The notes below the pieces were generated by a model. The model saw nothing but the letters and a program-made list of their open reading frames with translations. It had not been told where the DNA came from and did no database searches. This document shows, piece after piece, positions 24,282-37,485 of a stretch of DNA of 64,000 bases. Position 1 is the stretch's first letter. Each line of letters opens with the position of its first letter. The position numbers and the translations under genes are program-made. The stretch is from Blastocladiella emersonii ATCC 22665 (lineage: Eukaryota; Fungi; Blastocladiomycota), in contig JANHCV010000003.1 of NCBI GenBank assembly GCA_025594325.1, forward strand, positions 1 through 64,000. Reading direction: 5' to 3'.

Positions 24282-25160
24282 TTACAGGTTGGGCGACGAC
24301 GAGATGTAGAACCACTTGTCGACCGAGCCGTCGATCGGGGCGGGGGCCTCGTTGGTGGCGGCGGGGACGGCCGCGTACTGGGCGTCGGCGGCCACGTCGA
24401 TGGCGCCCGGGGTGCCGGCGTTGGCCGTGTTGGCGACCGAGATGTCGGCCTTGTCCGTCTCGCCGGACACGAGGCGGCGCCACGCCTCGTGCGTCTCGGC
24501 AATCACCTCGGTCGCGTACGCCTTGTTCTTGGCCTCGCCGCTGAAGGCGAACACGTTCTCGGGCTTGCCGTCGGGGATCTTGTAGATGCGGAACCACTCG
24601 TTGGTGGCGCGCAGCAGGCCGGGCAGGTGGCGCTCCACGTCCTCAATGTCGTTGAGCTTGTGCGCCTGCGGGTCGTTGACGTCGATGACGATCACCTTCC
24701 AGTCCGTCTCGCCCTCGTCGATCATGGCCATGACGCCGAGCACCTTGACCTGCTTGACCTGGCCCGTCACGGCCACGCGCTCGCCGATCTCGACCACGTC
24801 GAGCGGGTCGTTGTCGCCCTTGGCCTTGGTGTCCGGGTGCGCGTGGTGCGGGTCCTCCCACGTCTGCGGGAACGCGCCGTAGTTCCAGATGTACCCGTGG
24901 TGCGGGAAGCAGTTGCGCACGTAGCGCAGCTTGCCCTTCTTCACGTCCTGCTTGATCGGGTTGAGGTAGTCCTCCTTGGAGATCTCGAGCTTGGCGTTGG
25001 TCCACCGCGGGATCTCAACGACCATGTTGAGCACCGTCTTCTCGGCGTTGGCGTACAGCGGGATGTCGTGGAACGGCGACACCACCTTGCCGTCCTTCTC
25101 AATGTACACGCGGTGCTCGAGCGTGTTGGCCGGGTTGACGGCGCGCACAGTGTAGGTCAT
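24282..25160 (-). CDS. IPP1: Inorganic pyrophosphatase (family I, eukaryotic)
   Basis: [61 protein letters not shown]. Confidence 0.98.
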   Translation of the reverse strand: MTYTVRAVNPANTLEHRVYIEKDGKVVSPFHDIPLYANAEKTVLNMVVEIPRWTNAKLEISKEDYLNPIKQDVKKGKLRYVRNCFPHHGYIWNYGAFPQTWEDPHHAHPDTKAKGDNDPLDVVEIGERVAVTGQVKQVKVLGVMAMIDEGETDWKVIVIDVNDPQAHKLNDIEDVERHLPGLLRATNEWFRIYKIPDGKPENVFAFSGEAKNKAYATEVIAETHEAWRRLVSGETDKADISVANTANAGTPGAIDVAADAQYAAVPAATNEAPAPIDGSVDKWFYISSSPNL

Positions 25161-25724
25161 GGTGCGGATCGGGGTGGCGGTGGTAGCGGCGGCGCGGACG
25201 GCGGCACTGAGGAGCGGGGACCGGAGCAGGGAAGCCAGCTTGGGGAGACTCGCGTCGGGCAGAGACGGCGGATCGCTTTATACGCGGCGAGGGGAGAGAG
25301 CGCCGACGAGCGGCGCACCGCCGGCAGCGGAGGATCGCCGCACGCCGTTCAAACAGCCACCGCGCACATGGGCCGCCCGTCAGTGACATCACCGCCTTCC
25401 TCCCCTTCAACGCCGCCCCCGCCTGGGGCCACGCAATACTATAATATAGCGCTAGCAAACGCTCGGCGACCTGCGTGAAATCGGCATGGCATCACCGCCC
25501 TCGCGGACGTTATTCGGGGCCATGGCGTGGAGACGCGTGGTAGCGGTCCACCTGAGATCACCTGACGGCGAGGCGCCTCTCCCGTCGCGACGCGCGCGCG
25601 TGTGTGTGCCGGCGCTCACCGACCCTGCTCGCCGCCATACCCACGAGGGTGACGACGGCGCGCTGATCGGCCCGCCGCACACCGCGCAACCGTCCCGCGG
25701 AACCACCCCCCACACGTACTCGCC
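25161..25724. promoter_or_regulatory. Divergent promoter region between IPP1 and MTR4
   Basis: Head-to-head genes; AT-rich TATAATATA element at about 25440-25448 in otherwise GC-rich DNA. Confidence 0.4.
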
Positions 25725-28700
25725 ATGGATCACGAACGCGACATGGATGTCGACTTTGACATCGACATCGACGACATCTTCGATGCCTTTGACGAGGACG
25801 ACCACGCAGCCTCGCGCCTCCCGCCCGTCCCACTACCCGCACCCGTCAAGCGGAAGCGCCCCGCGCCCGCGGCTGCTGCGCCCGCGTCGGCCGCCGCCCC
25901 ACCAACAGCCGCCGCCGTCCACGATGTCGACGACGACGACGAGGAGATGGACGATGTCGTCACCGCCGCCGTCAAGCGCGCGCGCCTCGAGAACCCCGAG
26001 GAGGAGACCCCCGAGGTTCTCGACGAGTTCATGACAGAGCACGAGAAGGTCCTCGGCATCGTCGGCGGCACCGGCGCCCTCGAGGGCCCCTCGGTCACCG
26101 CCGCGGGCGGCCAGCGCACCAAGCTCATCGCCGGCGTTCCCGTCCTCGACGGACCCTCCTCCGACGCCGTCCCCTCTGCGGGCGACGCGCCCGAGGACGT
26201 GAACAGCGGCGAGGTCAAGTTCACCAAGGCCAACGTCGCCACGCGCCACGAGGTGGTGCTGCCCGCCGGCTTCGACAAGGCCGCCTACGTGCCCATGCGC
26301 TCCTACGTGCCGCCGCCGCAGGCCGAGTGGTGCCGCCAGTACCCCTTCACGCTCGACCCGTTCCAGGAATACTCCATCTACTGCATCCAGCGCAACGAGT
26401 CGGTCCTCGTCGCCGCCCACACCTCGGCCGGTAAGACCGTCGTCGCCGAGTACGCCATTGCCCAGGCCCTCAAGAACAAGCAGCGCGTCGTCTACACCTC
26501 GCCCATCAAGGCCCTCTCCAACCAAAAGTACCGCGAGCTGCTCGAGGATTTCGGCGACGTCGGCCTCATGACCGGCGACGTGACCATCAACCCGCGCGCC
26601 TCGTGCCTCGTCATGACCACCGAGATTCTCCGCTCCATGATCTACCGCGGCTCCGAGGTCCTGCGCGAGATTTCGTGGGTCGTCTACGACGAGATCCACT
26701 ACATGCGCGACGCCGCCCGCGGTGTCGTGTGGGAGGAGACCCTCATCCTGCTCCCGCCCACGGTCCACTTCGTCTTCCTCTCCGCCACCATCCCCAACGC
26801 CAAGCAGTTTGCCCAGTGGATCTCCAAGATCCACAGCCAGCCGTGCCACGTCGTCTACACCGACTACCGCCCGACCCCGCTCCAGCACTACGTCTTCCCC
26901 GCCAACTCGGCCGGCATTCACCTCGTCGTCGACGAGAAGGGCACTTTCCGCGAGGACAACTTCCAGAAGGCCATGGCCACCCTTGCCTCGGCCGAGGACA
27001 ACGACGCGCGCGCCGCCATGGGCGGTAAGGGCGGACGGGGCGGTCCCGCCGGCGGGGCTGCCGGCTCCAAGAAGGCCGCGGGCCAGAAGGAGAAGTCCGA
27101 CATCTACAAGATCGTCAAGATGATCATGCAGAAGAACTACCACCCCGTCATCGTCTTCTCGTTTGCGAAAAAGGAGTGCGAGTCGCTCGCCCTCAACATG
27201 AGCAAGCTCGACTTCAACGACGGTACGTTGCTCGTGTTCGCCTGTGGCTTTGGGCTGGACTGACCTCTCAAACCCCCTCGCTTAGACACGGAGAAGCAGC
27301 TAGTCGACCGCGTCTTCGAGAACGCCATCTCGCAGCTCAACGAAGACGACCGCGCGCTCCCGCAGATCAGCAACATCCTGCCGCTCCTGCGCCGCGGTGT
27401 CGGCATCCACCACTCGGGCCTGCTGCCCATCCTCAAGGAGACCATCGAGATCCTGTTCCAGGAGGGCCTGCTCAAGGTCCTGTTCGCCACCGAGACCTTC
27501 TCCATCGGCCTCAACATGCCCGCCAAGACGGTCGTGTTCACCAAGATCGAGAAGTTTGACGGCAAGGAGACGCGCCACCTCACAGGCGGCGAGTACATCC
27601 AGATGTCGGGTCGCGCCGGTCGCCGTGGTCTCGACGACAAGGGTATCGTCATCATGATGGTGGACCAGAAGATCGACACGGAGAAGGCCAAGGGCATGGT
27701 CAAGGGCGTGTCGGACGCGCTGCACTCGGCGTTCAAGCTCGGGTACAACATGATCCTCAACCTGACGCGCGTCGAGGGCGTGTCGCCCGAGTACCTGATC
27801 CGCAACTCGTTCCGCCAGTTCCAGAACAATGCCAAGCTGCCCAAGCTGCTCACGCAGGCGGCCGAGCTCGAGGACGCGTACGCCGATATGGAGATTGCCA
27901 ACGAGGACAGCATCCGGTCCTACTACGAGGCGCGGTACACGCTCGACCAGTACACCAAGGATTTCCGCGAGGTGGTCTCGCACCCGAGCTACGCGACACC
28001 CTTTATCCGTCCGGGCCGGCTCGTGCAGATCGTGGCCAACGGGCTCGATTTCGGGTGGGGCGTCGTCATCAACATGACCAAGCGCAAGTCGGTCAAGCTC
28101 GCCGAGGCCGAGAACCGCGCCGTGGCCGAGTCGGCCAACAACTACATTCTCGACGTGGCGCTGCTCGTCGAGCCCGCGGCGCCCGGGACTATGCGTGCGG
28201 CCGCCGACGCGTCCCACATCAAGGTCGAGCTGCTCCGCCCGCTGGCGCTGCCGCTGCCCGGTTCGGCGGACACGGTGGCAGTTCAGCAGCAGCAGCAGCA
28301 GCAGCAGCAAATCGACGCGTTCACCAAGGCCGAGCTGGTCGTGGTGCCCGTGTCGCTGGCCACGGTCGCGTCGCTGTCGTCGGTCGTCATCAAGGTGGAC
28401 GCGGAGCGCAGCCTGCGCGACGTGGACGCGCGCAAGGCGCTGCACCGGACCGTGGTCGAGGTGCGCAAGCGGCTCAACGCGCGGTCGGGCGGCGTGGTGC
28501 CCGTGCTCGACCCGATCAGGGACATGAACATCACCGACAAGAAGTTTGGCGAGCTCATGGGCAAGATCGCCAAGTACCGGGCGCTGGTCGAGGCGCACCC
28601 GCTGACGCGCGAGCCGGCGCGGCTGGCCGAGCTGTACGAGCAGTACAGCGCCAAGATCACCGTGTCGGAGCAGATCAAGGCGGTGCGCAAGACGATCCGC

Positions 28701-29327
28701 GAGGCCGAGGCGATCCAGCAGCTCGACGAGCTCAAGGCGCGCAAGCGGATCCTGCGGCGGCTCGGGTTCACGGACGACCGCGACGTGATCCAGGTCAAGG
28801 GCCGCGTCGCATGCGAGGTGTCGTCGGGCGACACGCTGCTGCTGACCGAGCTCCTGTTCAACGGCGTGTTCAACGACCTGACCGTGGAGCAGGCCGTGGC
28901 GCTGCTCGGCGTCTTCACCTTTGTCGAGCGGACCAACCCCAAGGACGCGGCGGCGGCCAAGGCCAAGCTGCGCGAGGAGCTCGACCGGCCGATGCAGGTG
29001 CTGCTCGAGACGCACAAGCGCATGATCCACGTGTACAAGGAGGCCAAGCTCGAGATCAACGAGACGGAGCTGCTCGACATGTACAAGCCGGATCTCATGG
29101 AGGTGGTGTACGCGTGGGCCAACGGCGCCAAGTTTGCCCACATCTGCAAGATGACGGACGTGTTCGAGGGGTCGCTCGTGCGCAACTTCCGCATGCTCGA
29201 GGAGCTGCTCAAGCAGATGGCCAACGCGGCCAAGGCGATCGGCAACCAGGACCTCGAGATCAAGTTCACCGAGGGCATCGCCAAGATCAAGCGCGACATT
29301 ATCTTTGCCAACTCGCTCTACCTGTAA
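25725..29327 (+). CDS. MTR4: MTR4/DOB1 Ski2-like RNA helicase (exosome cofactor), 2 exons
   Basis: [33 protein letters not shown], intron 27223-27285, [17 protein letters not shown], arch/KOW region, DSHCT end [13 protein letters not shown]. Confidence 0.97.
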
Positions 29328-31456
29328 ACGAAAAAGAAGGGAGAGGAAGTGAAGTGGCGCAGACGCGCACGCATTCGCAATAGTAGTACCCTTAGTACAA
29401 ACCACGCACTTTCGATCTTGTCGTGTCCATCATCGTGGTCGCCGACCGTCCGTTCTTGCCCATCTATCATATCGCCCACCGCCTCGCGGCTCGCGAACCG
29501 GTCGGTTCTCGTGGCCGCGGGGGGCAAAGTAGGCCTTGGCCGACTTGACTTGACTTGGTTGACCATCATCATTGATCGGCTTCAAGGGGACTCTTTGACG
29601 ACGAAACGAAGGTGCGAGGCGAGAAAACTGCGTGCGGCGGGACGGACGTGAGCAGCGCTCTCGCGCTTGGACTTGCCGAGTGAGTAGTGAGTTACGTCGG
29701 GCCGCCAAGAAGAGCGACGTGATCCGCTGCAGAAATGGTGACAGCGGCCGGGCCGGACCAGGACGAGCAAGCGAGCGAGCGAGCGAGCGGGAATCGCTGT
29801 TGTTGTTGTGGAAACGACAAGTGGAGTCGAGACCGACCGACCGACCGACCGACCAGTGAGTGGCCAGCGTCGCGTTCGTTCAAGTGGTTCTCGGATACTT
29901 GGAGTAGTACCGAAACGTAGCGTCGGATCTGAGCGGGCGGCCCGCGCTGGGCCGTCGTGACCATCAATGATCGCAGCAGGTACTAGGCCAAAGTAAGTTG
30001 AAATAGAATCGTGGAGCGCGAGTGGAGCGGGCTGGGCAGGGGGTCACCGGACTGAGTTTGGCAATGGTGGCCGGAGGGTTGTCAGAGCGTGGCCGGAGGG
30101 TTGTCAGAGCGTGGGTTCGAATCTGCAGGGGTCGTGAGAAGGCGGGTTCGAGTTGAATTTCATCAATATGCCCAGCGGTCAACTGACTCCGGTCATCTTG
30201 GCCTCCTCCCGCCCGTCGAGAAGCGCGCGCTCCACTCACTAACCCACTCCCCCAATTTGAGATTCGTATAAACTAACCCGTTCGTTTTCCCCTCCATTTC
30301 TCTTTTAAATGGTTCTGTTCTATCGGCACGGCGCGTCCGCGTCTGCGGGAGACGACGGGAGACGGAAGACGCGTCGCGAAATCACGTGCGCGTGCGAGAC
30401 GCGTCGCGCCACTTTCGGGGACACTCTTTTCGCCTCGCCGCACGTCGTCCAACACGTCGTCCAATGCGCCGATCGGGGTCTTGAGCCTTGCCCAGACACT
30501 ACTCGGTACTTGACGGTCGTCGCCTACCGACCTATTCAACGGCAGCGAGAGCACAAGGGGAAGGTCGGTCGACTTTGGGCGCGAGTCGCGGCTCAACTAA
30601 GCATAGCTTGTTATCCAGTATCATCATGATCCAAATCGGCATCAGGATCAGGGCGTCACATCACGAGACGGGCGAATCGGCGAGTCGCGGGAGACAGCCA
30701 TTAATCGATCGGTGATGGACGTGCGTGGCAGGTCCCGAGCGTGAGCGCCGACCGTCGCGAGTAAAGCGATCAAGCGAAAGCGATCGTCGTTCGTTCTCGC
30801 CTCCCCGCTCTCACGCCGCCATGATCAATCAATTGTCAAACTCCATGCAACGCTTGTCTCGAGAGTAACTTGCTGCATCTATGTGATCCGATTCGTCGTG
30901 GGTCGTCAAGTCGGTCGGACGACTGGGCTGGGCCGGACCACGATCCCCGCCGCCGCCTCTGCCTCCGCCTCGGGCGACTAGTCGCCCGCCGACCACGGCA
31001 TGCCATACGAGGATCTGCTGAGTGAGAGATGGATCGACACACGACGGAGCGGACGACCAACGCGCGACGAGCGGCAGAGCTGCACCGGTAACGGTGCGTT
31101 GAGGCCGAGCGTGCACCGCGACTCGCCTCGAACGGCGAACCCATGGTTACGCGGTGCGAGGAGCTGCGGCTAACAGCTTGCTTGCTTGCTTGCTGGTTTC
31201 TGTTGTGCGCGCGCTCGCGAACCGTGTGCTACTGCTGCTCATGTCGGCGGACCTAGACCGAGCCTGCAGCCAGCGGCCACTCGAGACGCGCGAGTCGGCC
31301 GATCTCGCTCGCCTTCACATACGACACGGCGCCCATTTTCCTCCTCGAAAATTTTGCCCCCGCGGCGCGCCCAGCCTCTCAACGCAGGACACATATATCC
31401 GGAACTGTGCCGCGGTGCCGCTCACTCATGCAACGATCATTCCTCCAGCTAACTAG

Positions 31457-31685
31457 GTCGAGCGGCTCGACCGACAGCAGCATGCGCGCGGGTTGACCGA
31501 TTGGTTGTTCAAGGAGGGCCGCACCGGCGGGATCTCTCGGCAATTCCAGAACGAAAACGACGATGACCTGCAGCGCGTGGTGCGTTACGTCTCCGCTCCT
31601 CGCAAAACACGGAACGGAATGACCCGTGCTAACTTGGGATTTCCACCGGCTAGACCATCCTCAGCACCTTCCTTGCCGTGTGACG
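31457..31685 (+). pseudogene. Cryptic exon-intron-exon fragment of an unknown or decayed gene
   Basis: GCTAACTAG acceptor, 123-nt phase-0 exon (VERLDRQQHARGLTDWLFKEGRTGGISRQFQNENDDDLQRV), 74-nt intron 31580-31653 with GCTAAC branch point, exon TILSTFLAV* followed by a GTACGG donor. Confidence 0.4.
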
Positions 31686-32696
31686 GTACGGTACGGTTCA
31701 CACACGTTTCTCTCTCGCGTGGGGCACACAAGGAGAGAGCGTTCCACCGCTCGCTCGACGACCTCCCCCTCCGTAACTCGTGGGTTCTCGCTTGTACGCT
31801 CCGTATTCTCGCTACCCACGGAACAAAGCTTATTTCTGCCAATTCACTACTCCGTGTGCTCGTTTTGCCCTTGGTCCATTTCACTCTTACACCCGCCTCC
31901 GGGACGCCACGCCCGCTAACCCACCCGAGAGCGGATCCTGACTGTGGCTGCCGCATCCGTTTTCAACTAAGGTCGAGCTCGTCGAAGACGAGTCCGAGGA
32001 AGGCGCTCGGCCCAGCGCCGGGAGGGTTATGAAATAAGTTTTTTCGCGCGGATTCTGCGCCGCAGCTTCCTTACTTGATCGTCTCTGGTCGACATCCAGA
32101 TTCTGCACTACTGCCCTTGCTACCACGCTTCGTCTTCTCTGCTCTCCTGACACGAAGCCTCACGCCCAACCCGTACCATGATTGGCGCACTCGTCGACGC
32201 CTTCCATCGTGTCTTACGTCCCTCATTCGCCGTAACGCTGTACGTAATCTGCTCACTGATACCTCAGTCGCGACAGTGAGGGCCACGCCTGGGTGAGAGC
32301 AAGACTTGCGACGCATCGATCCGCGGGTTTCGTGGTGTCATTGACGCGTGTGCGCGGTCTAGTATCGTTTTTGGACGGATATCGCTGTGGATCGAAGGGG
32401 TTCACTGTCGGTATGAACTGAATATAAGCGTCGCTTTGGGTTCTACTTCAATCCTGCTTAGGTGAAGCGTTTCGTGTGGCAAGCGGCAGCGCCCAGACGC
32501 GCGGAAACGCGACGCGTCGCGAAAACATGTGAGCGAGCTGGCGCCCCGCACGTGGCGCAGCCGCCGCACTCTGGCCGCCGCTGAACGGCGCGTCGCGCGA
32601 CACACACGGCCTCGATCGCTCCTCCCGACGCCGTCTCACCGACCAGTGACTCGCTGCACCGCTCTCATGTAACGCTGGACAACTCGCCGCATCACC

Positions 32697-35600
32697 ATGA
32701 CGACCTTCATTCTCCCGCTCGTCTACTGGCGCCCGCACCCGGCCGAGGACGACGTGACGTGCCTCTTCTCGCACGCCGACTCGGGTGTAGGCATCGACAC
32801 GGGCTCCGACTACGTCGTGGCGGGCACCGAGCGCGGCCACCTCTGGGTCATGCGCTACTCGGCCGCCGCGTCGCCCTGCGTATGCCCGCCCACCACCTCC
32901 CGTTGCGCGGCAGTGGTGCTGACCTGTCAGCTCTCGCCGCTAGCTCATCCCGCAAGTCGTGCTCGTCGGCCACCGGGAGCAGGTCACCTGCGTCGCCGTC
33001 CAGCGCCAGGACGCGGACGTCGGCGCCGCCGGCGAGGAGCATGTGCTCGTTTCCGCGAGCGAGGACGGGTACGCTGCTGCTTTTGGACTCGGCTTCCGAG
33101 GTTAACTCATTGCCGCATACCGCGTAGCGAAATCTGTTTGTGGAACCTGAGCGACGGCCAGTGCAAGCAGGTCAACTCGGACGCGTTCCCCGGCGTCCCG
33201 CGCGCGCTCACCTCGAGCGTGTGCGGCAACTTCCTCTTCCTCGGTGGCCAGGCGTCGCAGCTCGTGGTCCTCGACAGCCAGACGCTCGAGGTACCCATCT
33301 GCCCGCTCGCGCGGCGTACTGAATGCTAACCGCTAACCGGACCGAGCAGCTCATCGCCCACACCTCCGACCTCAACGACTGGATTCTGCAAATTGACCGC
33401 CTCAGCCGCGCCGAGACCAAGACCTACCTGAGCGTGCTCACCCCGACCAGCGTGTGCCAGTTTGTCTTTGACGAGGAGTCCCGCACCCTCACCAAGCTCT
33501 TCTGCTCACCGCTCGGCCAGACCGATGAGGTCATTGACGCCTCGTACCTCTCCATGACCTCGAGCCAGACCCAGACCGCCTTCATTGGCCGCAAGTCAGT
33601 CCTGGTACGAGACTCTCGGGCGATGATGCCCACCAGTGGCTAACCTCCTCTGGGCGACTGAAATCTAGCTGTACAACTGGTCCATCGGTAAGATCTCGCT
33701 CGTCGGCTCAATCCCCGTCCCCAAGGGCGAGGCCGAGTGGGTCGGCGGCCACTTCTCGGGCACCACGCTGACCGTCTGGACAAGGGTACGTCGTCTTCGT
33801 CCGAACAAGTCCTGGATCGGTCCCGCTCACCCACTTGATCTCAACACAGTTCGGCAACATGTACGTCATGGACGCGACCGCCCCGCTGACGGCACCACCA
33901 GTCAAGTTCACGTCCAAGCGTACGCATCTCGAGAGCTTTATTTCACGCTTATCAGCGGCTAACGCGTGTAACCAGTCCAGGAGTCGGGCTCGGTCGTGTT
34001 CCGCAACCGCATCGCCATCTCGTGCTGCAGGGAGGCGTTCGAGGTGCGCGACCTCGCCGCACCACCTTCGGCAGATCCCGCGCTCTTCTCGATCCGCGAC
34101 TTCTGGCTCGCCGCCAAAGACTTACAGAGCGACCCGGTCACGGTGCAGGCGCTCCTCGGCCACTCGATCCTGCGCGGCACCGCGTGCGGGAAGCTGCAGC
34201 TCGCGTCGTTTGCGCACCTGTTTGACTCGCCAAAGCTCGAGGTCCAGGCGCACGACGGGTGCGTGACCACGCTGTTCGTGCACACGGTCGCTGTCGCCGC
34301 GGGCGGCGCTGACGGCACCGGCGCCGTGACCCGGACCACCGTGGTAACGGGCGGTGAGGACGGCACGGTACGGACATGGACGCCTGATACCCTGAGCGCC
34401 TTGCACGTCCTGCGGCACCACGCGGCGGCGCTGGTCCGCATCACGGTCGCGCCGCACGCGAGCCCGTTCCCGGACGCGCTCATCACGCTGGCCGAGGACA
34501 ACTCGATTGGCGTGGTGCGGCCGTCCGACGGGTCGCTGCTGCTGTGGATCCCGAACCACGCCGAGATCCCGACCGAGCTCGCGTGGCGCGACGACCTCGT
34601 CGTCGTCGGGTACCGCCACGACCACGCACACGTCTGGGACACGCGTGCCGGGACGCTCGACCGGTCGGTCCACGGCGAGACCGCGCGCCACATCCTGGCC
34701 GGGTGCTTCCCGCGCGTCCCGCTCGCGGCGACCAGCCCGACCGAGGGCGTGCAAAAGGCGAGCCTGTCGCTGTTCACGCTCGACGCGAGCCACGTGTTCA
34801 TGATCAACCTCAAGCGGCTCGTCACCGAGGGCGACGCGAGTCTGGCGCGGTCGCTCCTGGCGGCGCTGCTCACGCGCGGGCTCGAGCCGGAACTCGATGC
34901 ACTCGCGCCCGAAGCGTCCCCGTCGCGCGTCACGCTTGGGATCCGCGGGACCAGTGGGAACCTGTCGCTCATGGCGCCGCAACACCGCGAGGGGCTCACC
35001 ATTTCGCCGACCGTCACGGCGACGCGCCTGCTCGCCCTGTTTCTCGTGGCCCGTGCGCTTGTCCTACACGCCGACCCGGCCCGTACCGACGCTGACGTCC
35101 AGGTCGTGTTCGCGCGGTACCTCGCGGGGCTCCCCGGGCGAGTCGGCGAAGGGTTCTGCTTCGCGTCGCTCGCGTTCCTCGCGCGGTACTGGAACGACTC
35201 GCTCCCGGCACTTCAGCTCGGCGCACGGCTCGTGTTCCAGTGGACCGTCGCAGTCATGCCCGCTGACCGGATCCACGAGGTGGTGAAGTACTGGGCCTCG
35301 CACCTGCCGTCCTCGGGTGCTGCTGCGGCTGCCGCGGCGGGCGGCGGATCCGCGGCGTCGTCGCCCGGCGGGACCGTCGTCGTGTCAATGCCGCAGGTGT
35401 CGGCACCGGCTACCTCGGCCAGCGGCGTGACCAAGACCATGGCGCGCGCGACCATCATCCTCGCGGTCATGGAGTGCGAGCGGCCCGGCCTGCTGCCCAT
35501 CGCCATCACCAAGGAGGTGGCGCTGTCGCTGACGCTGCTCATGGCCGACTCGGGCGGCGCGTCCGTGGGTGAGCAGGGCGAGTCGGCTGGCGCCAGCGGC

Positions 35601-36785
35601 GGTGTGGTCGGCGTGTACCGGATCAGCGCGCTCGAGCTCCTCGGCCGCGGGTTCGCGCACTGGGAGCCGCACGTCCACGGCGCCGCCGTGGTCCGCACAC
35701 TCGTCGCGCTCGGGATGCAGCTGCCCCCGTCGGCCGCCGCCGTTGCAGCCGCCGCGGTCCAGGGCCACCACCACGGACACGGGCATCACCATACCAACTC
35801 GTCCGTATCGTACGCGGGGTACTCGCAGCAGCCGCAAAAGCAGCAGGACTACCACAAGATGCCCCCGGTCCCGCCGGTCCCCTCGTCCAGCGCGCACCCG
35901 GGCGCCGCGGTGGCCGCCATGGCACGGCAGGCGCTCCTTGCCATCGCGACACACAACCTGCCCATGGTCGTGCAGACGGTCACGACGGACCTCGAGCACG
36001 GGCAGCCGCTGACCAACCAGTCGATCCTCGCGGCCGTGTCGGCAGTCGCCTCGGGCAACGCGGGCAGCCTGGCGGGACTGTCGGCGGTGGCGGCGGGCAG
36101 CGGGACGGCGAGTCACGCCGCGTCGGGCCTCCTCCCGCCCTCAAACGCGTCGGGCGCCGCGGGTACCGGATCGGCGGCCGTCGTTGCGGTCGACAAGGCG
36201 ACGATGCTGCGGTTCGTGTCGTACCTGGTGCACAAGCTGGCGGCGGCGCTGGCGACGTCGGGCAGCGCGGCGCGGCTCGCCGAGGCGGTGGTGGCGGTGC
36301 TCGACCCGGCGCACGCGGTGCAGCGCGACGTGCTGCTGCAGCCGGCTACGGCGACGCTGTTCGAGATGGTGCGGCGGTTCCCCGTGGTGGCGTTCCACGC
36401 GGCGGCGCAGCGGCTCGCGACGGGCGGGACCGACGGCCGCGTCGTGGTGTGGGACCTGCGCACCGCGACGCGCCTGCACGTCATTGACGCGCACCCGCGG
36501 TCGGTGTCCGTGTCGGCGGTCGCGTTCACGCCCGATGGGCGCAGCGTCGTGAGCGCCGCGCTTGGGGATACCGCGGCCGCGGTCAAGGTGTGGTCGCCGC
36601 CGTCGGGGCTCATGTACCTCGTCGGCGCGGTCGCGGGCGGGAACTCGCTCAAGGCGGTAAAGGCGTTTGCGTACACGAGCCCGTCCGGCTCAAGCGCGGC
36701 GAGCGGGTGGATGGTGCAGCTCGCCGTGTCAGAGCACACGATCGAGTTGGCCGAGGGCGGCAACCGCGTCCAATTCCAGATTTGA
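32697..36785 (+). CDS. WDR7: WDR7/WDR72 (Rabconnectin-3 beta)-like WD40 protein, multi-exon
   Basis: MTTFILPLVYW..., LVGHREQVTCV, VLVSASEDG|EICLWNLSDGQC, C-terminal FPVVAFHAAAQRLATGGTDGRVVVWDLRT; several short canonical introns between 32.9 and 34.0 kb. Confidence 0.8.
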
Positions 36786-37485
36786 GCGGCGATGATGGAT
36801 GGATTACGAATACATGGTCGTTGACCACGACTGCCGGAGCAGTAGTCGCCGCTCTTTGAATCGATCGAGCGCAAATAGCAAGTGGGATGGAGTGAAAAGT
36901 GTCTCGCACCCGCCGCGTGACTGTGGCGCAAGCCACTACGCGTCTTCACCTCGCGCATATCAAAGTGTCTCGCACTGAGTAGACCATGCTGCTAGCTCAA
37001 ACCGGTTCCCACCTCAGCGAAGCTAATCGATTACATGGGTGTGGATTGATCTGGGCAGGAGCCCTGTGGGGCTTCAAAACTCGGCGCGACAGCTGCTCGC
37101 GTGAAGCACACAAACCTTTCGAGAGGAATACCTCGACCTAACCAGATTTCCCTTGAACCGAATAATGAAGGAGAGGAGGCTTCGCTGCATCATTAGCAGA
37201 CTCTACGCAGCGAGTGGAAGTGGGGCAAGCCAGTCAAGAGTGTGCATGCGTGCATGCCCTCCGAGCGGAGCCTTGAACAGCAGCGAACCCTACAAATGCT
37301 CGAGATCGCCCCGGCACTCTTCCTCCCGCTCCCTCGACCTTGCCTCGCCTTGGTTACCCGGTACTCTCAAGTTCGCCTTCAACGCAAGCTTCCCCGAGTA
37401 CCCCTTGTACAGTCTCGTACAAGCTTCCCCGCACGACGAAACACACACACACGTTCGCACCCGCGCACCTCGTACCACCGCCACC

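Noticed and set aside
29755-29860. (GAGC)n and (GACC)n tetranucleotide runs
   Set aside because: Ordinary microsatellites in intergenic DNA.
37153-37485. N-terminal extension of the ORF ending at 38760
   Set aside because: Begins at TTG, has poor codon bias, and a strong GCCACCATG lies at 37486.
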